The notes under the pieces were generated by a model. That model did not search any database. It was not told where the DNA came from and worked only from the letters and a program-made list of their open reading frames with translations. Shown here piece after piece: positions 7,965-16,852 of a stretch of 24,000 nucleotides of DNA. Where the stretch lies: positions 35,207 to 59,206 of the forward strand of contig DASQUV010000058.1 in NCBI GenBank assembly GCA_035641095.1, read 5' to 3'. A program made the translations under genes and the position numbers. The number at the start of each line of letters is the position of its first letter. The stretch's first letter is position 1. This stretch comes from Nitrososphaeraceae archaeon (lineage in GTDB: Archaea; Thermoproteota; Nitrososphaeria; Nitrososphaerales; Nitrososphaeraceae).

Positions 7965-9392
7965 ATGACAAGGTCAGCCATTCTCAATAAGAATTCGATA
8001 CTGAAAAAATATCATGGTCTTTATTCAAGCAAACTAGCAATGGCCGCAGTGGAAGCGGCCATATCAGGGGTTGAACCTGTAAAATTGATATCTAATGCTG
8101 TTAGTTGGAACAAAGGTAAATTGATAGTGTCAGATATTAAAAATAAAACGTTAAGATATGACCTAGCGAACTATGACAGGTTCTATATAGTGGGTGCTGG
8201 AAAAGCCTCCGTGCCCATGGCGGAGGGCTTGATTAAAGTTCTCCAAAAGGGCAGAAATAATTCGCCTCAAATTTGTGGCTCGATTATAACCCCATATGGG
8301 ACATCAAAAAAGATTCATGAATTAGAAGTAATAGAAGCCGGGCATCCATTGCCAGACTCAAACAGCGTTAAAGGTACAGAAAGGATAATCAAAAAGCTTA
8401 GGCGAGCCAAACCTAGTGACCTAGTTTTTGTGCTGTTATCAGGAGGTGGATCTGCTCTCATGTCCCTTCCATTGCGAGGGATTACGTTGGCTGATAAGAG
8501 ATACGTTACGCAATCACTGCTCGAGTCGGGTGCCACAATTCAAGATTTGAACGTAGTACGAAAGCATCTATCAAAGGTAAAGGGGGGAAAGTTGATCCGG
8601 TTTTCTCCTTCGTCAACTACCTTTCTGACTCTTTTAATTTCGGACGTAATCGGAGACGGAATCCAGACAATTGCCTCGGGTCCTACATTTCCTAATTACG
8701 CTACATTCGTGGATGCCAAGAGGATATTGCTAAAGTATGATATTTGGAATGCTAACAATTTACATTTAAAAAGAATAAGACAGGCCATCACAGAAGGGAT
8801 CAAGCTTGAGGGAGATCATCGTCAGGATACCACTAAATTTCACAGAAGAACGGAGTATGCGATAATTGGGAACAATGCTATGGCTTGCGAAGCAGCTTCG
8901 CACTATTTAAGGTCAAAAAAAATAGATACACTTGTTCTGGGATCGCATTTTGACGGAGACGCAGCAAAACACGGAGAATGGCTTTCCCTCTTGGCAAATG
9001 GGATGAAATCATTGTCTCGGCCATTTGCTATCGTCCTTGGAGGAGAAACTACGGTCCGGCTAAGTAAGCAAGGAAAAAATGGAACTGGTGGTCGGAATCA
9101 GGAAGCAGCATTACACGCTTTATTGTCGCTTGAACATTCTTCCGGCCAAGATCTCTCCATATGCTGCGTAGGAACGGATGGGATAGATGGTAATTCTACA
9201 GCGGCTGGGGCAATGGTCACCAGCACGATGGTGAATCATAATAGACTCGACAAGAAGGAACAATTATGGAAGTATCTGGAGGGTCACGACAGTAGTACTG
9301 CTTTCAAAAGATTGGGCTCCCTAATAATTACCGGAAAAACATTGACTAACGTGAATGACGTCAATGTGATATGCAGGGCTAACAAAAAGTGA
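7965..9392 (+). CDS. glycerate 2-kinase / hydroxypyruvate reductase-like protein (DUF4147 + MOFRL family)
   Basis: The ORF runs 7842..9392. LGGETTVRLSKQGKNGTGGRNQEAAL and CVGTDGIDG are signature MOFRL-family motifs. The first 41 codons (MRRRSQFAKLFFTIVLQINP...) look non-homologous and AT-rich, so ATG 7965 (or 7941) is the likelier start. Confidence 0.8.
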   Translation: MTRSAILNKNSILKKYHGLYSSKLAMAAVEAAISGVEPVKLISNAVSWNKGKLIVSDIKNKTLRYDLANYDRFYIVGAGKASVPMAEGLIKVLQKGRNNSPQICGSIITPYGTSKKIHELEVIEAGHPLPDSNSVKGTERIIKKLRRAKPSDLVFVLLSGGGSALMSLPLRGITLADKRYVTQSLLESGATIQDLNVVRKHLSKVKGGKLIRFSPSSTTFLTLLISDVIGDGIQTIASGPTFPNYATFVDAKRILLKYDIWNANNLHLKRIRQAITEGIKLEGDHRQDTTKFHRRTEYAIIGNNAMACEAASHYLRSKKIDTLVLGSHFDGDAAKHGEWLSLLANGMKSLSRPFAIVLGGETTVRLSKQGKNGTGGRNQEAALHALLSLEHSSGQDLSICCVGTDGIDGNSTAAGAMVTSTMVNHNRLDKKEQLWKYLEGHDSSTAFKRLGSLIITGKTLTNVNDVNVICRANKK

Positions 9393-9422
9393 AGGTGGCT
9401 AGGAATTGCCAAAATATGCATT

Positions 9423-10181
9423 TTATATATCTGAAATTTTTAATTGTAGGCCCCCTTTTGTTACTAATACCAAGCTACCATCTGAATCAATATTGCTGGC
9501 TACTCCCTCGAACTGAACTCCCTTCACTTCCGCCTTGATCTTCTTTCCCATCATGGGACAATGTAATTTCCAGCGACTTTTGATCAATTCCCAATTTCCG
9601 GATCTGATTTTATTGTAGTAGTTATCGAAGAGAACGAGTACGGAAGCCAAGACGGGTTCTATGGCAATCGACGATCGACTTATGTGTTCAATCAATGAAG
9701 TTGACCCTTTAAGGCCTTTTGGCCTTGAATTCAAATTTATTCCTGCTCCCACAACACAGTACTCTAGGTCATCTCCACGAATTGCAGAGCTTATCAAGAT
9801 ACCGGCCACTTTTCTTCCCTTAATTAGAACGTCATTGGGCCATTTAACGAATGCATCTAAGTTAAAATTGTTTGTTATTGTTTCACATAGTGCTAATGAC
9901 ATTGCATACGAAAGGTATACAGCGGAAATAGACCTTAGGTCTGATTTGATTATTACCGAGAACCACAATCCTCCCGGTGGTGATATCCATCTTTTATCCC
10001 TCCTACCACGTCCAGATGACTGAGATTCCGATGTGATCACCATACCATGACTATTGGGGTCTGTTTCAGCAATTGAGATAGCATAATCCTGGGTTGAGGA
10101 AATTTCCGTAAAGCTTCTAATCTGCCTTCCAAAATCACAACCAGTAGTCGCGATCTTCAAAAGAGATAGGTCCAAATTCAT
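9423..10181 (-). CDS. birA: biotin--[acetyl-CoA-carboxylase] ligase, group I (no N-terminal HTH)
   Basis: 252 aa. GRGRRDKRWISPPGGLWFS matches the biotin-protein-ligase signature GRGR.GR.W.SP.G.L. KWPNDVLIKGRKVAGIL is also present. At 252 aa, with the catalytic core starting near the N-terminus, there is no room for a DNA-binding domain. Confidence 0.9.
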   Translation of the reverse strand: MNLDLSLLKIATTGCDFGRQIRSFTEISSTQDYAISIAETDPNSHGMVITSESQSSGRGRRDKRWISPPGGLWFSVIIKSDLRSISAVYLSYAMSLALCETITNNFNLDAFVKWPNDVLIKGRKVAGILISSAIRGDDLEYCVVGAGINLNSRPKGLKGSTSLIEHISRSSIAIEPVLASVLVLFDNYYNKIRSGNWELIKSRWKLHCPMMGKKIKAEVKGVQFEGVASNIDSDGSLVLVTKGGLQLKISDI

Positions 10182-10226
10182 AAATATCTATTCACGTAGT
10201 CATAATTTAATTGCAATCACTATCTT

Positions 10227-11201
10227 ATGTTTGTAAGTGGTACTGCTAAGAATGAGGCGATAGGTGACTATAATAAAAAGATGCAAAACAGGAATCCATT
10301 GTATGCTTGGCTGAGAGTAGTAAGATTAAGGTTCGTACTATCATCGGTTATAGCGGTTCTTTTAGGAGTATCAATAGGATACTACGAGAAATCCCAGGTT
10401 AACATTACGTTCACTATACTCATTCTAGCAGGGGTAGGCTCTTTACATATTAGCATAGACTTGTTGAATGACTATTGGGACTATGTAAAAGGGATAGACA
10501 AAATCACAAAACGAACGAAATTTAGCGGTGGTACAGGAGTATTGCCCAGCGGTCTACTTAGAGCGAAGCATGTTTACATTGTTGGCTTATTGTTCCTCAT
10601 TATGGGATCTCTCATAGGGTCCTATTTTATTGTTTTACGAGGTCCGATAATAGGGATAATTTTGGGAATAGCTGTCTTTACAGTTTACACTTATTCTAAC
10701 AGACTGGTTTACAGTGGGCTAGGGGAGACCTTCGTTATTATCAAGGGCGCTCTTATCGTGTTTGGCACATATTTTGTAATTACAAATTCTATTGATTTCA
10801 TTCCATTTTATAACGGGATAATTTTGGGACTGCTTTCAGGCTGTATCTTGTTTGTAACGTCATTCCCCGACTTTGAAGCAGATAAGTCGAAAGGGAGAAA
10901 AACACTTGCGATTAGTCTTGGCAAAAGGAAGGCGCTGCGATTGTATCCCATTCTCCTCTTATCTCCTTACGTGGTGATCATTATAGGGATACTGTTAAAT
11001 CTAAACGTAATCTACTCATTAATCTGCTTCATTTCAGCGCCCTACCTATTCAACGCGATAAAGGCAATGAAGAGGGCAGATTCGGAGGGGCTGTTTGACG
11101 CGATGAAATCGACTCTAGTCTTTGCTCGGATGACTGGGACCATGTTGGTTATTAGCTACTTAGTTGCCTCTCATCCAATCGTAAGAATGACAAATTTGTA
11201 A
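10227..11201 (+). CDS. UbiA-family aromatic prenyltransferase, MenA-like
   Basis: 324 aa and polytopic-hydrophobic. First Asp-rich motif NDYWDYVKGID and second motif DFEADKSKGRKTLAISLG, as in 1,4-dihydroxy-2-naphthoate polyprenyltransferases. The start may instead be M19 (10281). Confidence 0.8.
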   Translation: MFVSGTAKNEAIGDYNKKMQNRNPLYAWLRVVRLRFVLSSVIAVLLGVSIGYYEKSQVNITFTILILAGVGSLHISIDLLNDYWDYVKGIDKITKRTKFSGGTGVLPSGLLRAKHVYIVGLLFLIMGSLIGSYFIVLRGPIIGIILGIAVFTVYTYSNRLVYSGLGETFVIIKGALIVFGTYFVITNSIDFIPFYNGIILGLLSGCILFVTSFPDFEADKSKGRKTLAISLGKRKALRLYPILLLSPYVVIIIGILLNLNVIYSLICFISAPYLFNAIKAMKRADSEGLFDAMKSTLVFARMTGTMLVISYLVASHPIVRMTNL

Positions 11202-11226
11202 TTGACCTGAGTTGGCCTGATATACT

Positions 11227-12564
11227 TTAGGTGATAGGGGGTCTCGCAAACATGTTATTTGGATCAGTGTGATATTCTACAGCCAATGCAGGATCCTTCT
11301 GCCTACCGGTCAGCACTCCTACTGTGACATCATCATTTTTTATTACCTCCTGTTCTCTCAATGTCTTAATGCCTGCAGGGACAGCTCCAGATGCCATTTC
11401 ACAGTCAAACCCGTTTAGGCCCACTACTGCCATGCCGTGACTCATCTCCCTGTCATCGACTTGGACTACTAGTCCATCGGTAAATTCTAATGCTCGAAGA
11501 GCTTTAGCGATGTTTGCAGGTTTCCCAATTTGTATAGCCGTAGCCTTGGTTTTGGGCAGCAGTGCCTTACTGTCCTTGTAAGCATAGTATCTGTCTATTA
11601 GAGTGGTATCGAAATTTCCCTCATTCCACCTGAGTTCTTGGCCTTCAAATTGCCCATTCACCAATTCGAAGAACGTACTAGCACCGGTTGAATTCACAAC
11701 GACCAACCGAGGTACCTTTTTAATCCATCCCCAGTCGTATAACTCCATTAAACATTTTCCACAACTAGCAGTGTTTCCGAGCGCTCCACCAGGATATACA
11801 AGCCAGTCAGGAGGGTTCCAGTCTAGGTTCTCTAAGATCCTGTATACTATAGTCTTTTGGCCTTCCAACCGAAAGGGATTAACGGAATTTACAGTATATC
11901 CTTTCTCGAGATTCACCTTTGCCAACGATCGATTCAGAGCATCATCAAAATTTCCATCCACCTGAATCACTTGAGCACCGAATTGGAAAGCCTGCCCTAG
12001 CTTTCCAGCAGCGATTTCCCCTTTAGGAATATAAACTTCACATCTCATATTTTCATTGGCCGAATACATTGCCGCCGAGGCGGAAGTATTCCCTGTTGAT
12101 GCACAAATAATGGTGTTCACGCCGATAGCTTTTGCGTGCGTTATGGCTGTAGACATGCCATTGTCTTTAAATGATCCGCTAGGATTATAGCCTTCTGGCT
12201 GCAGCAATAGAGAGTCCTGTTTCAGCTTGGCGTAGTCTGCAACTTTACTCATTCGATATGGTTTCGAGAGTCTCCCCTCTGCTCCGTCAAGCGATACTAG
12301 CATTTTTGCACATTCAGTAAAGTCTCCCGTATCAATTCCGAGAAAGTTAACAAGTTCGCGAAAACGCCATACGCCGCTTTCGTTGTATATGTTTCCGCCG
12401 TGATTCCTTCGGGAATAAAATATTTCTATTAACTCCTTTTTAGGTCTGGTATGGTAGGTAATATCTAACAAAGAATTACAAGAACATGAATAGGCTTCGC
12501 TGAAGATACTATAAGTTTTTCCACATTTAGGATTGATGCACTTCTTCATCGCATTCTTCTTCAT
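11227..12564 (-). CDS. thrC: threonine synthase with N-terminal zinc ribbon
   Basis: 445 aa. CINPKCGK...CSC N-terminal Cys cluster, PLP-lysine motif GSFKDNGMS, and ASTGNTSAS, all typical of archaeal-type ThrC. Confidence 0.88.
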   Translation of the reverse strand: MKKNAMKKCINPKCGKTYSIFSEAYSCSCNSLLDITYHTRPKKELIEIFYSRRNHGGNIYNESGVWRFRELVNFLGIDTGDFTECAKMLVSLDGAEGRLSKPYRMSKVADYAKLKQDSLLLQPEGYNPSGSFKDNGMSTAITHAKAIGVNTIICASTGNTSASAAMYSANENMRCEVYIPKGEIAAGKLGQAFQFGAQVIQVDGNFDDALNRSLAKVNLEKGYTVNSVNPFRLEGQKTIVYRILENLDWNPPDWLVYPGGALGNTASCGKCLMELYDWGWIKKVPRLVVVNSTGASTFFELVNGQFEGQELRWNEGNFDTTLIDRYYAYKDSKALLPKTKATAIQIGKPANIAKALRALEFTDGLVVQVDDREMSHGMAVVGLNGFDCEMASGAVPAGIKTLREQEVIKNDDVTVGVLTGRQKDPALAVEYHTDPNNMFARPPIT

Positions 12565-12629
12565 AAATCTAAAATTGTCCGAAGTTCATATAAATTATAT
12601 TTCTTATTCCTTAATGATTGAATTGTCAA

Positions 12630-12642
12630 GCCGCTGTAGCTC
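12630..12642 (+). repeat. 13-nt exact copy of the 5' end (positions 1-13) of the tRNA-Asn gene
   Basis: GCCGCTGTAGCTC at 12630-12642 is identical to 20302-20314, in the same orientation. It lies in the thrC/wHTH intergenic region. AGCATG (tRNA positions 14-19) recurs 7 nt further on. Confidence 0.6.
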
Positions 12643-12802
12643 TAAACTAAGCATGACAACCAATATTTGCTATGCCGGGTCAAATTTTAAAGGCCCATGA
12701 GACGAGAGATTTCAAGAACGTAAGAAATATCCAAACATATTGTCGTTATAATTTGTCAAACCGTTTTTTATTCTCTTAAATCAATTCAATAATCGGCTAC
12801 CA

Positions 12803-13120
12803 ATGAAGAACCGTTCAGATATTGAAGTTATGGCTTCAATTCTCCGCTCTGCAACAAGCTCGTGGGAATATAAGACAAGCATAATGAACAACGCCGCGAT
12901 CTCACACTCGCAGCTGATAAGGTATCTGGCCGTTGGGTTGGAAAAAGGGCTGATTGAATATTCTGAAACCACTGGGCTATATAGGACGACTGAATCGGGT
13001 GTTTTCTATTTAAGAAAATACGAACAGATGGTGTCGATGCTTCCCTCAGTTTCTGAAATTTTAGATTTTGAGAGTAGTTCTCCCAAATCTCGGGACCATG
13101 TCTATACGAATGTGAGCTAA
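12803..13120 (+). CDS. archaeal winged-helix DNA-binding protein (HTH_45/DUF4364-like)
   Basis: 105 aa. The pattern R.DIEVMASIL......KTSIM..A.IS.SQL..YL..GLEKGLIEY.....LYRTTESG..YL.KYE resembles the small archaeal wHTH family. Antisense ORFs 12781..12972 and 12828..13169 were judged spurious. Confidence 0.65.
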   Translation: MKNRSDIEVMASILRSATSSWEYKTSIMNNAAISHSQLIRYLAVGLEKGLIEYSETTGLYRTTESGVFYLRKYEQMVSMLPSVSEILDFESSSPKSRDHVYTNVS

Positions 13121-13222
13121 TCACAGGATGAAATGTGTACACCAAACCTAGGTAAGAATAGAATTTCAATATTAAGTTCGAATAAGTGATATAGAGACTG
13201 GTGAACTATTTTGGTACAGTTG

Positions 13223-14170
13223 ATGGATATGCTATGCAGAAGGTTAAGGAATTCGATTCGCTCTTCTATCTCGGAAGAAGTTTGTGATACAGTCCTACTT
13301 TCCGGTGGGCTAGATAGCACAATCATTACGGCCATCCGGAAACCGGAGTACTCTATCACTGTTGGATTTGGCTCAGAGGCATCTGACCTAAAATATGCTG
13401 ATTTGGCGGCTCTCAAATTTGTTAGAAAGAAGATAAAAAGAATTCTCTCAACTAACGAAGTGTTAAGATTAATAGAAAAGGTCATCATCGCCTTAAAAAC
13501 TTTTGATCCGATAACAATTAGGAACTCTGTTGTTCCGTACGCTGCTTTGGAAGTTGCTCACTCCAATGGGCTCGAATGTGTCTACACCGGGGACGGCTGT
13601 GACGAATTGTTTGCTGGATACAATTTCCTGAAAAGGTATCTTGATAACCCACAACGTCTAGAAAATGAAATTTCCCGCTTGAGAGCTATTATGACTTTTC
13701 CGACATTTAGCCTAGGGGATAGTCTTAATGTGAAAATTATTGCGCCATTTCTAAATGCAAAAGTAGTTCGTCTAGCAGAATCGATTCCCACCTCAGACCT
13801 GGTTGGATTCCATAGAAACAGGCTTTGGGGTAAAATTGTTTTGCGGCACTGCTTTCGAGATGAACTAGGAGAAGCTTTCTGTTGGAGAAAGAAACAAGCT
13901 CAAGAAGAAGGAGCCGGCATTACAAGGATAAGAGAATTTATTTTAAATAACAATAATAGTTTTTCATTTGTCGAAGAAGCACGGATGGCTAAGGACAAAG
14001 GAGTGACCATCAGAGACATGGAGCACCTATATTACTTTAAAATCTTTAATAGCAATTTTTCGCTCGAAGAAAGGCGTGATTGCCCTGAATTGACCTGTTC
14101 GGGTTGTGGAAACTGCGTTTCCTTTCTTTCAAATTACTGCCAACTCTGTGGGCAATTCCCAGTAGTATAG
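13223..14170 (+). CDS. asparagine synthetase-like PP-loop adenylating enzyme lacking the glutaminase domain, with a C-terminal Cys4 zinc ribbon
   Basis: The ORF runs 13211..14170 from a TTG; ATG 13223 is the likelier start. PP-loop VLLSGGLDST and the AsnB signature YTGDGCDELFAGY are present. No N-terminal Ntn glutamine amidotransferase domain is possible, since the PP-loop begins about residue 28. The C-terminal tail is CSGCGNC-x9-CQLCG. Confidence 0.8.
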   Translation: MDMLCRRLRNSIRSSISEEVCDTVLLSGGLDSTIITAIRKPEYSITVGFGSEASDLKYADLAALKFVRKKIKRILSTNEVLRLIEKVIIALKTFDPITIRNSVVPYAALEVAHSNGLECVYTGDGCDELFAGYNFLKRYLDNPQRLENEISRLRAIMTFPTFSLGDSLNVKIIAPFLNAKVVRLAESIPTSDLVGFHRNRLWGKIVLRHCFRDELGEAFCWRKKQAQEEGAGITRIREFILNNNNSFSFVEEARMAKDKGVTIRDMEHLYYFKIFNSNFSLEERRDCPELTCSGCGNCVSFLSNYCQLCGQFPVV

Positions 14171-14189
14171 AGAAATATCCGGTTCGAAA

Positions 14190-14205
14190 TACGATATATA
14201 TCGTA
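14190..14205. repeat. perfect 16-bp palindrome TACGATATATATCGTA between convergent genes
   Basis: Read directly from the sequence. It lies in the 83-nt gap between the stops at 14170 (+) and 14254 (-). It is flanked by similar CCGGTTCGAA and CCGGCTTCAA elements. Confidence 0.6.
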
Positions 14206-14253
14206 ATGAGTGAAAGGTAAATTCCGGCTTCAAGGTTGAGTTAAAATCGTTAC

Positions 14254-14577
14254 TCATCTCTCTGCACTTAAGTTAATCAGCTGCTTCTTTATCCTTGAGA
14301 TAGTTGGATAGCTATAGCCTTTCTCTCGATACATTCTTATCATAGATTTCCAGGTTTTAAGTCGACGTCTAGCTTGTATTCTTGTTATCATGTGGGTTTC
14401 CCGTTTAATGATACTCTTTCTCCCAGGGAATAAGTAGCCTCCAGATACGGCCATAAATCTTTTGTATGCAAATCTTAACCCGAACAGTAACACGGGCGTA
14501 GGCAGCAATCTGAGATATTCGGCTACTTCAGCATATTCATTGTCTGAGAGTTTAATATTTAGAGTAATTTCTTTCAC
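14254..14577 (-). CDS. hypothetical small basic protein, divergent from bioB
   Basis: 107 aa. The Arg/Lys-rich C-terminal half is RIQARRRLKTWKSMIRMYREKGYSYPTISRIKKQLINL. I recognise no family. It is the only ORF in this interval. Confidence 0.4.
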   Translation of the reverse strand: MKEITLNIKLSDNEYAEVAEYLRLLPTPVLLFGLRFAYKRFMAVSGGYLFPGRKSIIKRETHMITRIQARRRLKTWKSMIRMYREKGYSYPTISRIKKQLINLSAER

Positions 14578-14660
14578 TGACTACTTTAGAATGGAACATT
14601 ATTAAAATATTTCAAATCTCGTATTCTGAAAGCTCATGTCATGTACAATAAATCCGAAAG

Positions 14661-14670
14661 TTAATTATAT
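14661..14670 (+). promoter_or_regulatory. TATA-like box upstream of bioB
   Basis: TTAATTATAT is preceded by a purine-rich CGAAAG (BRE-like) and lies 25-34 nt upstream of the bioB ATG (14695). This is consistent with a leaderless or short-leader archaeal transcript. Confidence 0.4.
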
Positions 14671-14694
14671 GTTTCAGTATCTCCCCAATGATTA

Positions 14695-15672
14695 ATGGCA
14701 GACGAAGCCGAGTTCATAGCGGAAATGGAGAATAAAGTCGATTCAGGAGATGAAATAAGACCCCCAGAAGCTGAGCGACTGCTAAATACCACGGCTGTCC
14801 TACTCTTAGCAGAAAGTGCTAACAGAATAGCTCGAAAATTTAGTGAGAATCTGGTAGACGTAGAAATGCTGCTTAATGCAAAGTCTGGCAGTTGCCCGGA
14901 AGATTGTTCTTTCTGTGCCCAATCAGCTTTCTATGAAACCAAAATTAACAAGTATCCACTACTTTCAAAGGAGACGATATTACAACGTGCCCAGAAGGCA
15001 AAGGAATCTGGTGCAAACAGCTTTTGTTTAGTATGCGCATACAGATCCCCGCCTGAAGCCGATTTTAATTACGTATGTGATATAATAGAACATATAAAGA
15101 AGTATTTAGAGATTGATGTAAATGTTTCCTTGGGTTTTATGACAAAGGAGCGGGCTGACCGTTTGAAAATAATTGGAGTAAAAAGGTATAACCACAATCT
15201 AGAAACGTCTGAAAGATATTTTTCTCAAATCTGTAGGACTCACGACTTTTCAGATAGAGTAAATACAGCACGCATAGTAAAGGCAGCTGGTCTGGAGCTA
15301 TGTTGTGGGGGTATAATAGGTATGGGGGAAACTCCTACTCATAGATTAGAGCTTGCATATGCTATTAGAGACTTATCACCGAATGAGGTGCCAATAAACA
15401 TCCTGATACCTAAACCAGGAACCCCTTTTGATGGTGTTCATAGTATAAGTCCAATAGATGCCATCAAGACAATTTCCGTATGGAGATTCTTAATGCCAAC
15501 CCCAATTATCAAAATTGCTGCAGGGAGAGAAGTGTATTTTAAAGATGAAGACAATTTGGCATTAAGAGCAGGAGCGAACGGCATAATCACAGGGGGATAT
15601 TTAACTACAAGTGGTAACGACCCAAGTAGGGACTTTCAAATGATTCAAAATATTGGTATCGACCCAACGTAA
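14695..15672 (+). CDS. bioB: biotin synthase (radical SAM)
   Basis: 325 aa. Radical-SAM cluster CPEDCSFCAQS (CxxxCxxC), YNHNLETS, and bio gene context. Confidence 0.92.
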   Translation: MADEAEFIAEMENKVDSGDEIRPPEAERLLNTTAVLLLAESANRIARKFSENLVDVEMLLNAKSGSCPEDCSFCAQSAFYETKINKYPLLSKETILQRAQKAKESGANSFCLVCAYRSPPEADFNYVCDIIEHIKKYLEIDVNVSLGFMTKERADRLKIIGVKRYNHNLETSERYFSQICRTHDFSDRVNTARIVKAAGLELCCGGIIGMGETPTHRLELAYAIRDLSPNEVPINILIPKPGTPFDGVHSISPIDAIKTISVWRFLMPTPIIKIAAGREVYFKDEDNLALRAGANGIITGGYLTTSGNDPSRDFQMIQNIGIDPT

Positions 15673-16852
15673 CTATTACGATTTCGTAAAAAAGGAGCTA
15701 AACTATTTGAGATCTTCTAATCTCTATCGAAGCTTAAATGTTGACGATAGTACTGAGGGGTCAGCAAGAATAAGACATAACTATCAAGACGGCATTCTAA
15801 ACTTTTGTTCCAATGACTATCTGGGGATCTCAACCCAAAACGAAGTAGTGCAAACCACCAAGAAATCTCTGAGACAAATCTCTCCCTGTAGCTCGCGGCT
15901 CATCACTGGAAATACAGCTGAATTGGAGCGTCTTGAGGGAATGCTTGCTTTACATCGCAAAACAGAGGCGGCATTGGTGTTTCCTACGGGATATATGGCA
16001 AATCTTGGCACCATCACAGCTTTAGGAGGTAAAAATTGTGTTATTTTTAGCGACGAGCTTAACCATGCGAGCATAATTGACGGATGTCGATTGAGTGGTG
16101 CTGAAGTAAAGATATTCAGACACAATGACGTTCATGATCTGGAACAGAAAATTAAACTGGTTAAGAGGACTTCCCGAAAGATAGTGATTACCGAGGGGGT
16201 GTTTAGTGTGGATGGAGATTTTGCAGATCTGAAGAAAATAAGTGAAATTACCCATTCATATGATGCGATGTTAATTGTAGATGACGCGCATGGTGATTTC
16301 ATTTTCGGAAATCTAGGGGATCGTTCCTATTCAGGAGTCCCTTCTTATTTTGGCGTAAACTCAAGAGTGGATTTTCACATTAGTAGCCTGAGCAAAGCTT
16401 TAGGATGCTTTGGGGGATACGTTGCTACTACCAACCAAATGCGAGAACTATTGATAAATAGGTCAAGACAGCTTATATATACATCTTCAATCCCTGGTCA
16501 TCTGTGTGTGTCAGCAATGTCAGCCATAGGGGTCGTAAAAAAGGGATATCTGCAAAAAAGATTGTTTCGAAATATAGAATTTCTCGGCGGAGAACTTTAC
16601 AAGATTGGTCTCGTTGCTGACCGGCCTCCAACTCAAATCATACCAGTCCTAATAGGTTCTGAAAAAAATGCTATCAGGTTTTCGAATCTGTTGTTGAAAA
16701 AAGGTATCTTAATCCAGCCCTTAAGATTTCCCACAGTCCAGAAGGATTTGTCGAGAATTAGAATTAGCTTGACAGCATTACACACGCTACCAGATATACG
16801 GAATGCCGCCAAGGCTATCAGAGCCACAGCCGCCAAATTGAAACTCATCTAG
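15653..16852 (+). CDS. bioF: 8-amino-7-oxononanoate synthase (alpha-oxoamine synthase family)
   Basis: 399 aa. LNFCSNDYLGIS, DDAHG and the PLP-Lys motif SSLSKALG are present. The only plausible start is TTG 15653, which overlaps the bioB 3' end by 20 nt; there is no in-frame ATG before the conserved N-terminus. Assignment as bioF rather than kbl rests on context. Confidence 0.85.
   Translation: MVSTQRNYYDFVKKELNYLRSSNLYRSLNVDDSTEGSARIRHNYQDGILNFCSNDYLGISTQNEVVQTTKKSLRQISPCSSRLITGNTAELERLEGMLALHRKTEAALVFPTGYMANLGTITALGGKNCVIFSDELNHASIIDGCRLSGAEVKIFRHNDVHDLEQKIKLVKRTSRKIVITEGVFSVDGDFADLKKISEITHSYDAMLIVDDAHGDFIFGNLGDRSYSGVPSYFGVNSRVDFHISSLSKALGCFGGYVATTNQMRELLINRSRQLIYTSSIPGHLCVSAMSAIGVVKKGYLQKRLFRNIEFLGGELYKIGLVADRPPTQIIPVLIGSEKNAIRFSNLLLKKGILIQPLRFPTVQKDLSRIRISLTALHTLPDIRNAAKAIRATAAKLKLI

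Noticed and set aside
12643-12720. Sequence after the 13-mer repeat, as a possible degenerate tRNA pseudogene or split-tRNA half
   Set aside because: Beyond the 13-mer, AGCATG and an isolated GGGTCA, no D-, anticodon- or T-arm can be folded and no acceptor 3' strand is present.
12621-12763. Repeated motif ATTGTCAAGCCG (12622-33) and ATTTGTCAAACCG (12751-63) upstream of the wHTH gene
   Set aside because: The copies are imperfect and short, with a 7-nt core of TTGTCAA. They could be a binding site, but they cannot be told apart from chance in AT-rich intergenic DNA. The first copy overlaps the 13-mer tRNA repeat reported separately.
12781-13488. Minus-strand ORFs 12781..12972, 12828..13169 and 13117..13488
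   Set aside because: They lie antisense to the wHTH gene and to the 5' end of the AsnB-like gene, both of which carry clear family motifs.
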